NCBI GenBank assembly: GCA_024276825.1
Contig: JAJRWI010000069.1
Span: 32,001-96,000 of the forward strand
Length of the DNA stretch: 64,000 nucleotides
Direction: 5' to 3'
DNA from: an archaeon
GTDB taxonomy: Archaea; Asgardarchaeota; Thorarchaeia; Thorarchaeales; Thorarchaeaceae
The notes below the pieces were generated by a model. It did not search any database, was not told the origin of the DNA, and worked only from the letters and a program-made list of their open reading frames with translations. This document shows, piece by piece, positions 27,378 through 36,212 of the stretch; positions within the stretch are counted from its first letter, which is position 1, and each line of letters opens with the position of its first letter. Position numbers and translations under genes: made by a program.

Positions 27378-28420
27378 TAGGCAACTGCCTCCTGCTCGAT
27401 CTCTTTAAGCACAGCCTGATGGTCGCATCCCCTAGATCTCAGATACTTCAGAATTGCGTCCTGCATGTTATCCTTCTCTTTTGCATTCTCATAAAACCCC
27501 CCCCAACCTAGCTTGAGAGTCAGCTCAAACTCAGGCACTCCGGCATTATCCTGTAAAGCGATCTTTCTCTGATCATCCTTTCCAACCTTTAGATTAAACC
27601 TATAGTCAGAAGCATGCGAAAGAATGTGACCCCCAGATGGTGCATTAAGGCTGGATGAAAACTGTGAGATTTTGGACATCACTTGATTTGTATAAACGAA
27701 TATTGCTTCGGTTGCAGCGGCTGTTCTTCGCATTAGACTCAGCAGCTTATTCATCTTTTGCTGTCGTATTCTAAGGCTGTCAAGACCTGTGTACTCCGAA
27801 CGGAACAGTCCAGTAAATGAGTCGATTATGACAAGCTTGTAATTCTCACGAGCTAACAGGTTTGGGATGTTTTCGAAGCGCTCTTGAATTTGTGAACTGT
27901 CTATTATCGTGGCATGTCCAATATTTCCCAGAGCTACTTCTGGGTCTAGACCACGTCGATAGGCCATCGCCCTGATAATCCATGGTTTGAATGCCCTTTC
28001 AGTGTCTAGCCACAACACACGGCCTTCAAGCCCACCATCTTTGAGAGGAAGCTGTACCATAATAGCAAGCATTGCGCACCATTGCGTCTTTCCAGCACGT
28101 GCTTTGCCAAATAGTTCAACAATGGATCCTAACTCAATGCCACCCCAGAGGTGTTTATCGAGTTTGCTAACCCCTGTTGACAACCGTGGTTTTAATTCAA
28201 GTTCGCGCTCAACTTCGAGACCTGAACGAAATTCAAATTTGCCAATGACCTTTCGCGCTGCCCTTACTATTGAGACCGCTTTGCCAGGTCCAATATTAGT
28301 TCTGGCATTGAGCTCATCAGGGTTCTGCACGGCCAGCAATTCTGCTGTGGTGATGAAGGCGGCCTCTAGCTTCTTGGCAATAGCGGGACCTATGCCAGGT
28401 ACTGCTTCAAGCTCGGTCAT
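27377..28420 (-). CDS. radA: Full-length RadA/Rad51-family recombinase (divergent paralog)
   Basis: N-terminal HhH (VPGIGPAIAKKL), GKARAGKTQ, LDTERAF, LVIIDS, FRSEY..RQQK, TNQV, GGHILSH. Confidence 0.9.
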   Translation of the reverse strand: MTELEAVPGIGPAIAKKLEAAFITTAELLAVQNPDELNARTNIGPGKAVSIVRAARKVIGKFEFRSGLEVERELELKPRLSTGVSKLDKHLWGGIELGSIVELFGKARAGKTQWCAMLAIMVQLPLKDGGLEGRVLWLDTERAFKPWIIRAMAYRRGLDPEVALGNIGHATIIDSSQIQERFENIPNLLARENYKLVIIDSFTGLFRSEYTGLDSLRIRQQKMNKLLSLMRRTAAATEAIFVYTNQVMSKISQFSSSLNAPSGGHILSHASDYRFNLKVGKDDQRKIALQDNAGVPEFELTLKLGWGGFYENAKEKDNMQDAILKYLRSRGCDHQAVLKEIEQEAVA

Positions 28421-28878
28421 GGCAATGCCTCCATGATGTCGTCAAAAAGCGGGCCAATTATTGTGACCAAGTTGAGAAATCCTTGGAGAGCATCAAAAAG
28501 AACAAGAACATCATCATTGTTAATGACAACAAGGTCAGACAGGAGCATAAGCAAGTCAGAGTGGTATTCACCTGCTATTCCCAACTTGATGCCAATGTCT
28601 GTAAGTGTGCCTGCTACGCTCACATAGCCACCAATGTAGTCAAAAAGAGAACCCTGCAAGTATCTGTTCAATAACGCGTTTTCGGGACTGATTGGATCAA
28701 TATCATCCCACCAATTTACGAAACTCTCAACTTCAGAATAGAATTGCATCCATTCTTTGGAGAACTTTAGATGCTTCATTTCAGCCAGTGCAGTCTTTGC
28801 GCCAATTAACCAAGCTTCAGGCAGGCCCAACTCCATGTGGTTCCCCATTGCGTGTTTGGCATATCTAGCAAACATCAT
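28417..28878 (-). CDS. Hypothetical protein
   Basis: Likely start MMFARY at 28878 (ATGA overlap with upstream stop, GGAGG upstream); ATGA overlap with radA. Confidence 0.6.
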   Translation of the reverse strand: MMFARYAKHAMGNHMELGLPEAWLIGAKTALAEMKHLKFSKEWMQFYSEVESFVNWWDDIDPISPENALLNRYLQGSLFDYIGGYVSVAGTLTDIGIKLGIAGEYHSDLLMLLSDLVVINNDDVLVLFDALQGFLNLVTIIGPLFDDIMEALP

Positions 28879-29636
28879 ATCGCCTCCACGGGTGAACTTG
28901 TACATTTGGACGAATGAGTTTCAATTGAGAGTTCATCCAACCAGTATAGGAGTTCTTGAACAAGAGGGGTTTCAATCTCATCTCGCGAAAGAACAGAGTA
29001 GATTAGGCCCTTTGCCGCATTCTTCACTGTTTGAAGAGCTAGACACCGCTCACCATCATCTAGATGGGGATATCGTGGACCCGTTTCAAAGTTCGAAACC
29101 TCCCCAAGAAAGTCACGCCAATCCAGATGCCAATAGCCAACATAAGGGTCATTATTGAGAATGCGTTCAAGAATCTTTGAGAACTCTTCCCACTTGTTCA
29201 TAAAGCGAATAACAGATTGTGCAAGAGTCCTGGCCCAGTTCTCTTTTTTTGTGGTTGCTGCCTGAAAAACGAGTTTGACATAGGTTCCAGAAGAACGGGT
29301 TTCGAGAACAGCCATTTGCAGATTGCGTGGATGCTTAGAGGCAATCAATGAGATAAGTGGAACTATACCAAAAAGATTGCAGAGAACAAACGAATACTTG
29401 CTTAGATCAATAACGGTGGTATCATTCACAAGAATACAATCTCGCAGCCCAAACACCAGACTGACCATTCCGGTATTGTCATTTTCATCAATTACATAAC
29501 GCGCAGACTCGAGATACCAATCGCCGCGAGAGAACGGAATTGCAAACCCCAGAGTGATGTCATACTGGCCATCCACCAATCTTCCTTTGCGGTCCATGAA
29601 TATATGTTCAAGATCGTCTATCAATAGCTCACCCAC
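28875..29636 (-). CDS. Hypothetical protein, first gene of the 16-gene operon
   Basis: 253-aa ORF with GTG start; AT-rich promoter region upstream. Confidence 0.65.
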   Translation of the reverse strand: MGELLIDDLEHIFMDRKGRLVDGQYDITLGFAIPFSRGDWYLESARYVIDENDNTGMVSLVFGLRDCILVNDTTVIDLSKYSFVLCNLFGIVPLISLIASKHPRNLQMAVLETRSSGTYVKLVFQAATTKKENWARTLAQSVIRFMNKWEEFSKILERILNNDPYVGYWHLDWRDFLGEVSNFETGPRYPHLDDGERCLALQTVKNAAKGLIYSVLSRDEIETPLVQELLYWLDELSIETHSSKCTSSPVEAI

Positions 29637-29848
29637 ATTACCATTCCATTTGTGATAATTTTCGAATTTTCATCATTCCCAATAATTGACTAATCGATTA
29701 AGAAGGCAAAATAGAGGAATTTTATACTAAAATGATGGATAAACACCAGTCATAAAGTCCCACTATTAGGATAAACGAATATTATTACCACATCAATCAT
29801 CATTTGGGAATGGGTAGAACCATAGCCAATAATACTGTGGTATGAGTG

Positions 29849-31792
29849 TTACGCTTCTTGTCGCTTGCGAGTGAGGATTATTGTTCCGATGAGGATTATT
29901 GAGGATGAAGCAATAATTGACCCAGCTAGAGTGGGGGCTATATTAGGCCCGCTAATACCTGTAGTGGAGTAAATCGGTTTTAGCTGGCACTGCGGAACTC
30001 CAAAGAAGTAATTATTATTATTTTCCAGAATAATCAGTTCGGTGGGATTATATGAATTAAGGATGAATGGACCTGATGTCACTAATGTAGGATCATTTGG
30101 CAGTGGCTCCCAATCATTCCATTCCCCATGTTCAAAATCAACGAAGATGTGTTTAGGCAGGATGGGCATGTATGCAATAGAGTGAAGATGCCAGAAGGAC
30201 TCGGTATTGAATCTAAATCTTACTCGATAGTCAGTCATTGCTACTGCCTGTGTCATATTCCAAAGATCTGGCAAATACTTGGATACGGATTCGTCGCGAT
30301 AATAATTCATTGTGAATGCCACATCTTCTGCAGTTAGTTGATTTCCATCGCTCCATGTTATATTCTGGCGTATATCGAATGTGATCTGGGTATATCCTTC
30401 GGGAACTGAGGGATTATCAGCATGAGTTTCAATAATGTACGATTCAGCCAGCCAAGGGATGTCTTCACCATTAGGACCAATTTTAATCAGACTGTCATAT
30501 AGCAGATATTGAATATCCAATTGCCCATAATTGGTCAGGATTCTCATTGTGTTAAAGGATTCAACATCTGAAAGTGTGCATATCCGAAGCGTTCCGCCAA
30601 TGGGAGTATCGCCTTGTTTGAGATGAACTCTCTGCCATGTCCACCAACCAAAACTGCCCTCGTTGATATCTGGAATGAACCCCTCGAATTTATCTGTCCG
30701 ATATGCTGAAATAATAAAATTCTGACATACCACTATTTCTGGACATTGATAGACTAGAATTTTCTGAATCTCAAAAGCTGCTTCTCTCACTGCATCTGAA
30801 TCAGTGGATCTTAGGAGCTCATCAATATATGTATCCAGCGTATCATTCGAGAACCGCGCAGTGCTAAAGCCATATAAAGTACGGCTAGATGAAGAGAATT
30901 CATGAGCAAGCCAGTTCACATCTAAAGTGGGAAAAGATCGAACAAGATATGCCACATCATAGCTATGTAATGCATAGATTCTAGTTAGATATCCATAGTA
31001 TTGCTCTTCAACTCCAAAAGCATTAATTCCAATCGCCTGAAGGGCCGAAACTGCAAGGTCTACTGTGGCAGCTCCCCCGGCAAGTATATTGCAGTATGAT
31101 ACTTCCACATCAAAATCCATACCATTGGGCGCTTCGCGATAGCCATCAGAATCAATGTCTAGAAAGCCTGCATTATCAAGAAGCTGAATTGCATAACTAA
31201 AGTTTGCATCATAATAATGATAGTCCATTATCTCCTCAATTGAATATGGATTATTACGTGGCACACAGGAGTCCAGAGGGAAGGCAAGATCATTCCAAAC
31301 ATTATGAACTAATGCGGTCTTATCAAATGCAAAGGCAAATGCACGACGAAATTCAGTGATATTGAATGGATATTCTTCAGTGTTAATTGAAAAATAGAAA
31401 TAGCCATTCCTTAGTACCTTTGATGTTTCGATTGACTCAGCATCGTTAAGCTCATATAGATAACTAGGGCTGATCGAATTCGCTATGACATCAACCTCAT
31501 CATTCAGCAATGCGCTGACTTGAGAGGAAATGGGAGAGATGGGTTTTGACATAATCTCGCTTATGAAAGGGCCGCTGTATTTGTGTCCAGGAAGAAGCAT
31601 TTGCGAGTTGACAAGGGATATACTTGAAGTGATGATTATCGAAACAATAATAATTGCTGATACTCCCTTTAATCCTCGTAATCCTTTCATTTTTGAATCG
31701 TGGAGAATTATGACGAGATTAATACTAACTCTTATTGTGTAAACTCGGACACCAGAATGCCATTTGTGGAATAGTGCAATTTCTAAATCCAA
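29849..31792 (-). CDS. ABC transporter family-5 (peptide/nickel) substrate-binding protein, circularly permuted and C-terminally anchored
   Basis: FRRAFAFAFDK, PWLAES, TWSDGNQLTAEDVAFT, SGPF. Probable signal peptide from MKGLRG; C-terminal TM followed by RKR. Confidence 0.85.
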   Translation of the reverse strand: MDLEIALFHKWHSGVRVYTIRVSINLVIILHDSKMKGLRGLKGVSAIIIVSIIITSSISLVNSQMLLPGHKYSGPFISEIMSKPISPISSQVSALLNDEVDVIANSISPSYLYELNDAESIETSKVLRNGYFYFSINTEEYPFNITEFRRAFAFAFDKTALVHNVWNDLAFPLDSCVPRNNPYSIEEIMDYHYYDANFSYAIQLLDNAGFLDIDSDGYREAPNGMDFDVEVSYCNILAGGAATVDLAVSALQAIGINAFGVEEQYYGYLTRIYALHSYDVAYLVRSFPTLDVNWLAHEFSSSSRTLYGFSTARFSNDTLDTYIDELLRSTDSDAVREAAFEIQKILVYQCPEIVVCQNFIISAYRTDKFEGFIPDINEGSFGWWTWQRVHLKQGDTPIGGTLRICTLSDVESFNTMRILTNYGQLDIQYLLYDSLIKIGPNGEDIPWLAESYIIETHADNPSVPEGYTQITFDIRQNITWSDGNQLTAEDVAFTMNYYRDESVSKYLPDLWNMTQAVAMTDYRVRFRFNTESFWHLHSIAYMPILPKHIFVDFEHGEWNDWEPLPNDPTLVTSGPFILNSYNPTELIILENNNNYFFGVPQCQLKPIYSTTGISGPNIAPTLAGSIIASSSIILIGTIILTRKRQEA

Positions 31793-33912
31793 TCGCCAGT
31801 TTCTAGCTTTCTAGGTAGATACTCATCAGTAAGGAATTGGAATGAATGACTTGCAAATGCCTGAATCTCTGCCTTCTCCTTCATCTTGAGCATGAGCTTG
31901 AGATCCTGCACCCATTCCTTATTAGCCTGTACGAAGGGTTCTTTCAGCATGTCCTTCACACGTTTGATGTCAGCAGGCTCCATTGGAATCCTCACGGCCT
32001 TTGGAATATTATATTCGTCAAGGTCTCTACTAAGCACTCCAAGGAGTTTTAGTTCAGGAGTGGCAATAAACGGTGATTCGTAGCTCAACCTCTTGCTGCC
32101 TCTCAGAAATACCGAATAGATATAATGTCCATAAGGGTCACTGTCCACCAGAGCAAAAGCAGGGATTTCGAGCTCCTTCACAAGGCGTTTGAGAAATGCT
32201 CGCGTGGCAATATCACCAGAACCCTTTCCAGTTAGGATAATGCAAGGTTGACGATTCCAATACTTGGCTTCCGCCAGTCGCATGACAGCAGCATCTTTCT
32301 CTGAGAGTATGATGAACTCAGCATCGCTCTCAACAATCTCCACCTGATCCAAAAATGGTGTAATTGCCCAACCACCAGTACCCATCTTTGTCAGGTCTAT
32401 CAGGTCTCCACCATCTCTAATGATTACACGACCCATCGCAGAACCGCGAGCAGAGGCAACAACATGAATGCTGTCACGGGTGGTCTGCAGCATAGATGCT
32501 ATGTCTTCTATAATCTTGTCACTGTATTTCTGATCTCTAAATAGATTGACATCACTGTAGTAGACCTCTCGTTTCGTGGCGTGCAAGCCAGACTTGAGAA
32601 GTTGGTATACTATCTCCATTATTCGTGCTGTACGTGTTGCATCTACCACTGATGCTAGCGAATGATAGGGACGTGCTATCTTACGCATGCCCAACAATAG
32701 AAGGTCTCGAACTTCATCCCAAACGATGTTGTCAGATGAACGGCTTGGAATCTCAAAGACAGGTCGTCCAGTCATCATAGTCTCATTGAGAATCTCCATG
32801 GCCATCTCAACTAGTCGCTCACGAGTTTCGTCCGATGTTAGGGGCACGACCTCAACAGTTGCAGTTGGAATCTTAGCAGCAATCGCAGCCGACTCCCTCT
32901 TCTCTGCCTGACGCCACTTTCGTTTCATATCTCTTGCAGCTTTTTGAACTGCCTCGGGCACTGGAAGACCAGACTTCTTGCGAATGATCTTCTTGCTCTT
33001 TCGTTTTCTCTTAGTGGGTTTGGTTGTACTCACTGATTCAACCTCTGGTTCGGGTGTTGGTTCGGGTGTTGCTGATTTTGTAGCTGCGAGTTCAGGTTTG
33101 GGTTCGGTTGGAACTCTGGGAGTTGATCTTGCCTTTGACTTCGACTGCTTTGTTTTTTTGGGCTTTTTCTTTCCTTCAGGTTCCTTTTTTGCCATGGGCG
33201 CCTTCGCAACAGCACGCTGTGTTTCTTCTGACATGCTTCTCAGTTGATAAGCTTGAACCATCTCGTATGCAGCACCTATCAGCTCTTGAGCCTTACTTAC
33301 ACTGAGTCCATCTATTGATTTTGCCAGCGATTGAGGGCGAGCGCGAGACAGGCGGGAAACAGAGTCATAGCCTGCCGCCTTCAATTTCAATGCCAACTTC
33401 TTTCCTACGCCAGGAACATCAGTTAGTGCGAAAGGTCGCTCAAAAGTGTCTTCCTCTGCACTGCCGGCTGTTCGTTCTGCTTCTCTCTTCAAAAGCACCT
33501 TTGCAGCCTGCACAAGTTTCTGTGCTTTATCAAGACTTAGTCCATCAACTTTTTTGGAGATGCTTTGAGCACGACCCTTGGCCAGTTTCTCCACTGTGCC
33601 ATAGCCTGCTTCCTTTAACTTCAGGGCAAGTTTTGACCCAATCCCTGGCAAGACAGTCAAGGGTGTGCCAGTACCATCACTCTTTGGAGGGGGCTTCGCT
33701 TTTGGCTTGGTTGCTTTTTTCTTTGCAGTCTTTTTCGAGCCCTTTTTTGCAGAGGTCTTGCTCGTCTTTTCAGTTTTCTTGGACGATTTAGGAGCCTTTT
33801 TAGGAACAGTCTTTGGTTTGCTCTTTCGTGTGTGTTTTGATTTGGGTTCTTCCAGCACTTCTTCCAGAGTGGCCTGAATAATTTCTGGCTTTTTCTTTTT
33901 TCTGGGGCTCAT
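31783..33912 (-). CDS. top6A: DNA topoisomerase VI subunit A (Spo11 family) with long Lys-rich/HhH N-terminal extension
   Basis: TKREVYY (catalytic Tyr), SEKDAA, DSDPYG, KAEIQA; follows top6B with a 4-bp overlap. Confidence 0.93.
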   Translation of the reverse strand: MSPRKKKKPEIIQATLEEVLEEPKSKHTRKSKPKTVPKKAPKSSKKTEKTSKTSAKKGSKKTAKKKATKPKAKPPPKSDGTGTPLTVLPGIGSKLALKLKEAGYGTVEKLAKGRAQSISKKVDGLSLDKAQKLVQAAKVLLKREAERTAGSAEEDTFERPFALTDVPGVGKKLALKLKAAGYDSVSRLSRARPQSLAKSIDGLSVSKAQELIGAAYEMVQAYQLRSMSEETQRAVAKAPMAKKEPEGKKKPKKTKQSKSKARSTPRVPTEPKPELAATKSATPEPTPEPEVESVSTTKPTKRKRKSKKIIRKKSGLPVPEAVQKAARDMKRKWRQAEKRESAAIAAKIPTATVEVVPLTSDETRERLVEMAMEILNETMMTGRPVFEIPSRSSDNIVWDEVRDLLLLGMRKIARPYHSLASVVDATRTARIMEIVYQLLKSGLHATKREVYYSDVNLFRDQKYSDKIIEDIASMLQTTRDSIHVVASARGSAMGRVIIRDGGDLIDLTKMGTGGWAITPFLDQVEIVESDAEFIILSEKDAAVMRLAEAKYWNRQPCIILTGKGSGDIATRAFLKRLVKELEIPAFALVDSDPYGHYIYSVFLRGSKRLSYESPFIATPELKLLGVLSRDLDEYNIPKAVRIPMEPADIKRVKDMLKEPFVQANKEWVQDLKLMLKMKEKAEIQAFASHSFQFLTDEYLPRKLETGDWI

Positions 33913-35957
33913 TCATCTTCACTCTCCAATAGAATCTCCGTTTCCTCTGGAGATAGCGGCTCATCAGCGATGAGATCGCTCCCTTCAACATCGCCCACAG
34001 TTTCCTCATGATCAGTCACGGTTTCAAAGCCAGTGATGGCATCGCGAATCCTGCTCGCCACGGTTTCAGCATCAAAAGCATTCCTATTCAACCCGTCATT
34101 AGCAATTGATACAAGACTTTGAGCAAACTGATCAGCATACATAGCCAGAACTCCAGCACGTTTTGCCTTTCGTTTTGCAGTTTCTCGGCGTGTGATGTAT
34201 CTCCTGAACTTGCGGCCAGCATCTTCTAATGCTAGCTTAATCTCCTTCAAAAGGACCTCATCTTCAGCAAGTGCCTGCTTGCTCTGTCCTTTGAACATAA
34301 CATGCACATAGGCACCGCAGACATGGATGAAGATCATTATTGGACCGCGAGGTATTCCATTGTCAAATGTTTGTACCTTGTAGTTCTTCCAGTTCACGCT
34401 CGCTGTGGCTTTCCATGTTGCACAGTCACTATTGTCCCTAAGCTTTGGAACCCGATTGACAAAACGCCAGAGCACCATTGGAGCAGATGTCGCAGGCCTG
34501 ATATTACCGCCATAGGCAATACATACTTCCACTGCGAAAGAGAGACCCTTGCCCGAAGTCGGCTTTCTGGTCACGGCGGTGGCAAAGTCTGGATTATATG
34601 CCAACTTGATTGTCTGTTCAAATACTTCCTCGCCCACCGGAACCACTGTGTCTGTTGGAGGTGCAATATAGTCTTGGTTTGAGAATGCTTTGTACAGATA
34701 TTCAATTTCAGTCTTTGAGAGTGTGTCAGTAGGGGTCTTTGGCGATAGGGTATCAAGATGTCTTCTTCTTAGTTCTTTATTTGCCTCCGCGATTATTTGA
34801 CGAGCCTTGTTTGGGCTGAGCCGACAAAACGCTTTGGTCAGAAAACTCATCAGATCTGGTTCTTGTGTTTCACGCAAGAGGTCTTGAAATTCACCAATTC
34901 GTATGCTTGCCGGGTGTGGTTGAGCATATTTTGGTTCATCGGGGAACTTGTTGACTCTGCGAGGATAGATGTGGACTTTACCATAGGGATCGATGAAGAT
35001 AATTGTCACATGAGAGTTAAGCAGTGATGCCATTTCGCAATAGACATCAGCATATCCACGCCTGTACTGAATATTAAGATAATTCAGGCGAATATAGGTG
35101 CCATGTTCAATTGGCAAGTCCATGTCAATAGGACCTGAAACATACTCTTTTGTGTTAGCAGTTGTTGTGAAGAACTCTGCAACAGTGGCCACATCAGAAG
35201 TGAACCTCTTTGTGACCGTGAAAATGGGCTTGCCCGTTGTGTTTTGAGCATCACTGAAGGCAGAGGGCGCACCAAATCCTTGACTACCTCGAGTCTGCCT
35301 TAGGCGTTCAGACTTACTTGATGCAAGGTAGATCCCGAATTTCTCAAGGTCTGATGGAACCATTCCAACACCAGTATCAAAGCATGTAAACTCATAGACC
35401 TTAAATCCCTCCTCATCATCAAGTGGAACAAGGTCAGGCATGAACACTTCCTTTAGTTGGATAACAGCCAGCGGCTCGTGTCTTTTGATCAAGCCCCTGA
35501 AGGGCACAAGGAACTTCCTAAATGCTGTGAGTTTTTCATCAAGGGACTCCTTTCTGACTGCGGGGACCTCTACTTCTTTGCCTTCACGGGCCGCCTTCTC
35601 CAGTTTCTTGCTTAAAGCGATTGTGTCTGTGAGTATGGGCTCAAGTTTTTCCTTTATCTCCTCAATTAGTTTAGGATCGAGCTGTTCCTTTAAACGGGGT
35701 CTTTTGCTGGTCTTCCACCACCACGATTCAAGAGCATCAATTGCATTATCGAGAAATTCAATCGCATATTGAGTGTGTTTGTTTAGTCCCGTTTCAAATC
35801 CAACAAGCTGGGTCCTCTTCCTCATGAACTTAGCAATTGTCCCTTGACGAATATCACCTGTGTCTGCAGGAGGAGGTACTGGCCTTGACTTATTCTTGCT
35901 TGATTTGCTCTTTGAGCCCTTACTACGCCGCTTGCCTTTACTCAATATGCTCACCAA
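33909..35957 (-). CDS. top6B: DNA topoisomerase VI subunit B
   Basis: GHKL motifs EFLDNAIDA, DTGVG, QTRGSQGFG; PHP, RFVNRVP, FKGQSKQA transducer motifs. Confidence 0.93.
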   Translation of the reverse strand: MVSILSKGKRRSKGSKSKSSKNKSRPVPPPADTGDIRQGTIAKFMRKRTQLVGFETGLNKHTQYAIEFLDNAIDALESWWWKTSKRPRLKEQLDPKLIEEIKEKLEPILTDTIALSKKLEKAAREGKEVEVPAVRKESLDEKLTAFRKFLVPFRGLIKRHEPLAVIQLKEVFMPDLVPLDDEEGFKVYEFTCFDTGVGMVPSDLEKFGIYLASSKSERLRQTRGSQGFGAPSAFSDAQNTTGKPIFTVTKRFTSDVATVAEFFTTTANTKEYVSGPIDMDLPIEHGTYIRLNYLNIQYRRGYADVYCEMASLLNSHVTIIFIDPYGKVHIYPRRVNKFPDEPKYAQPHPASIRIGEFQDLLRETQEPDLMSFLTKAFCRLSPNKARQIIAEANKELRRRHLDTLSPKTPTDTLSKTEIEYLYKAFSNQDYIAPPTDTVVPVGEEVFEQTIKLAYNPDFATAVTRKPTSGKGLSFAVEVCIAYGGNIRPATSAPMVLWRFVNRVPKLRDNSDCATWKATASVNWKNYKVQTFDNGIPRGPIMIFIHVCGAYVHVMFKGQSKQALAEDEVLLKEIKLALEDAGRKFRRYITRRETAKRKAKRAGVLAMYADQFAQSLVSIANDGLNRNAFDAETVASRIRDAITGFETVTDHEETVGDVEGSDLIADEPLSPEETEILLESEDE

Positions 35958-36212
35958 TGTTTTGTTAATCTCGCATGAGTCGATTTCGGAAATCTAGTCA
36001 ATTCTTCAAACTGTTTTACGCCCTAGCTCAATAAGAACTAATTAGTTCCCTATTATTATTTCTCATTACTTATTCAATATTCAGTGTTTTCATGCAGTAT
36101 TTCAATGTATTCCATATTTCGTTTTTTCCAAAAAATCCATGTGGGATGTTCTTTGGAACACGTGTTCTAAAAATACGATATCTATTTGGGTAAGAATGAG
36201 CAGGATTGAGGT

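Noticed and set aside
13926-29636. Operon as a provirus, ICE or plasmid integrant
   Set aside because: No integrase, relaxase, primase, capsid, flanking tRNA or att repeats seen. Not fully excluded.
33047-33070. 12-bp tandem repeat GGTTCGGGTGTT
   Set aside because: Encodes the PTPE low-complexity linker in Top6A; not an independent element.
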